Source of the DNA: Ginglymostoma cirratum
Taxonomy: Eukaryota
Direction: 5' to 3'
Length of the DNA stretch: 64,000 bases
Assembly: GCA_024137785.1 (NCBI GenBank)
Contig: JAHRHZ010000004.1
Coordinates: forward strand, 11,418,393-11,482,392
This document shows positions 62,621 through 64,000 of the stretch, piece by piece. The translations under genes were made by a program, and so were the position numbers. The notes under the pieces are model-generated. The model ran no database searches. It saw nothing but the letters and a program-made list of their open reading frames with translations, and had not been told where the DNA came from. How positions within the stretch are numbered: the first letter of the stretch is position 1; every line of letters starts with the position of its first letter.

Positions 62621-64000
62621 TTATTTATGAAAAACGCAGTTTTAATTATTAGTGTAAAATATTCTACTGTTTTAAGGAAGAGTGCTTGCTTTGATTCCAG
62701 GTCCATGCTGTGTTACCTGAAGTTTTTAGTGGTGCTGAGTAATCTATCGATGTAATAAAAACATATGTAAACAGGCTTATGTATGCCATGTGGCCTCTAG
62801 AACTTGCTCTGCCATTCAGAAAGATCATGGATGATCTGATCTTGACATCAGTTTCACTGTCCTGTCAGCATAACTCTTGGCTCCCTTGTTGTTCAAAAGT
62901 CTGTCCATCTGAATTCAGTCCCCCAGCAACCCTGGATTGGTAGGAATTGAAGAGATAAAAGTTGTCCTCCAAGAACTTCTGCCCCTAAACGCACTGAGAC
63001 AGGAAAATTTGCAGGATGATGTTGAATGCAGGCTGAGTTGGAAGATTGAGGCTGTATAAGATTGAGTTTTGTTCTGAAACCTGCCAACTAGGGTCATATT
63101 CTTGGAAATTTTGAAAACAATAAGGCATTGGGTGAAGAGCAAATTCCAGCATGTGAAGGCTCTTTTGTGCCTTACTGCCTGAATGCTAAATTAAATGTTG
63201 AAGAGGGCCTAATTAATATTGCAGCCTTCTTTGTTTAACCTGGCAATTTCTGAATGATATTACAATGACAAAAAGCGTCCCATACTTGAACTTGAGCTTT
63301 CCAGGGGTTATAACTGTCTACTGACATGTCAGTAAGATATGGAAGAGATTTTATCAGTAAATCGCAAAAGATTTTGAGTATTGGGAAAAAAGTAGCTTTC
63401 ACCTTCAGGTAAATATTCAGAGAGAAACACACGTTGCCATTTTAGAACTCTATGTTAGGAGCCCTGAAGAAACTTTAAAGTGTCTTTAAAGCCAGGGGAT
63501 GGATTTCTCAGGATGTGAGTGCTGGGGAAGAGAACTTCTTTCAGCTTAAACACCAGGATTGTTCTTGAAATATTTCAGGTGATATAGAGTTAAGTTTTCC
63601 CCCACCCCTGCTGTTTCACTAATATATTTTAGTCCTAAGCTCAAGACAACATCCCCTACTGTAAAGTGTTGCACTTCCTGTTTGCCAACATCCATAACTC
63701 CTGACCAAATAGTTGTGGCACCATGCCAGTGCAGTTAATTGGACCCCTACCTATTGGCAAGTTCAGGATTGGGTGGAGTCCAATTCAAGACCCCTTTAAT
63801 TATGTTGACAATGTCAATTCTGTATGACATAATTAAAAAGGTTTTGGATTCCCTGCTGCCCACTGGTGGGTGACTGGTATCAGTCTTTCAACAAAAGTGT
63901 TCAATTATACTGAAGCCAGCAGCTGATATATGATTCATACTAATGTAGTTAAACAGACCTTAAAATGTACTATGCCTACAGTTTGCTACAAAAATGAGAC

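Noticed and set aside
1-64000. CRISPR array, operon or other prokaryotic system
   Set aside because: No regularly spaced repeat-spacer array and no gene-dense coding; content is vertebrate repeats.

Overview
Eukaryotic, repeat-rich, apparently non-coding vertebrate DNA (intergenic or large intron). The repeat repertoire (HE1/V-SINE-like and DeuSINE-like SINEs, HER1/CR1 and L2 LINE fragments, Penelope-type termini) points to a cartilaginous fish, most likely a shark; this is inferred from recognition, not a database search. I found no intact host gene or supportable exon: recognisable ORF-track peptides are transposon fragments and the rest look like chance ORFs. Decayed coding remnants: a near-full-length Tigger/pogo transposase (45716-47141, +), an internally deleted Gypsy gag/integrase remnant (11760-13142, -), CR1 ORF1/APE/RT pieces, and a Harbinger-type Myb/SANT exon (35063-35306, -). 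The most interesting signal is a set of short (about 95-280 bp) Penelope-like terminal elements carrying minimal hammerhead-ribozyme motifs (CUGAUGA...GAAAC-GUC), in four sequence families. Several are head-to-head fold-back insertions whose apex lies just 5' of the ribozyme core, and three copies have exact 14-15 bp target-site duplications. Several repeat-free, CpG-retaining, TAAT-rich blocks are candidate conserved non-coding enhancers. Boundaries of old repeats are approximate.
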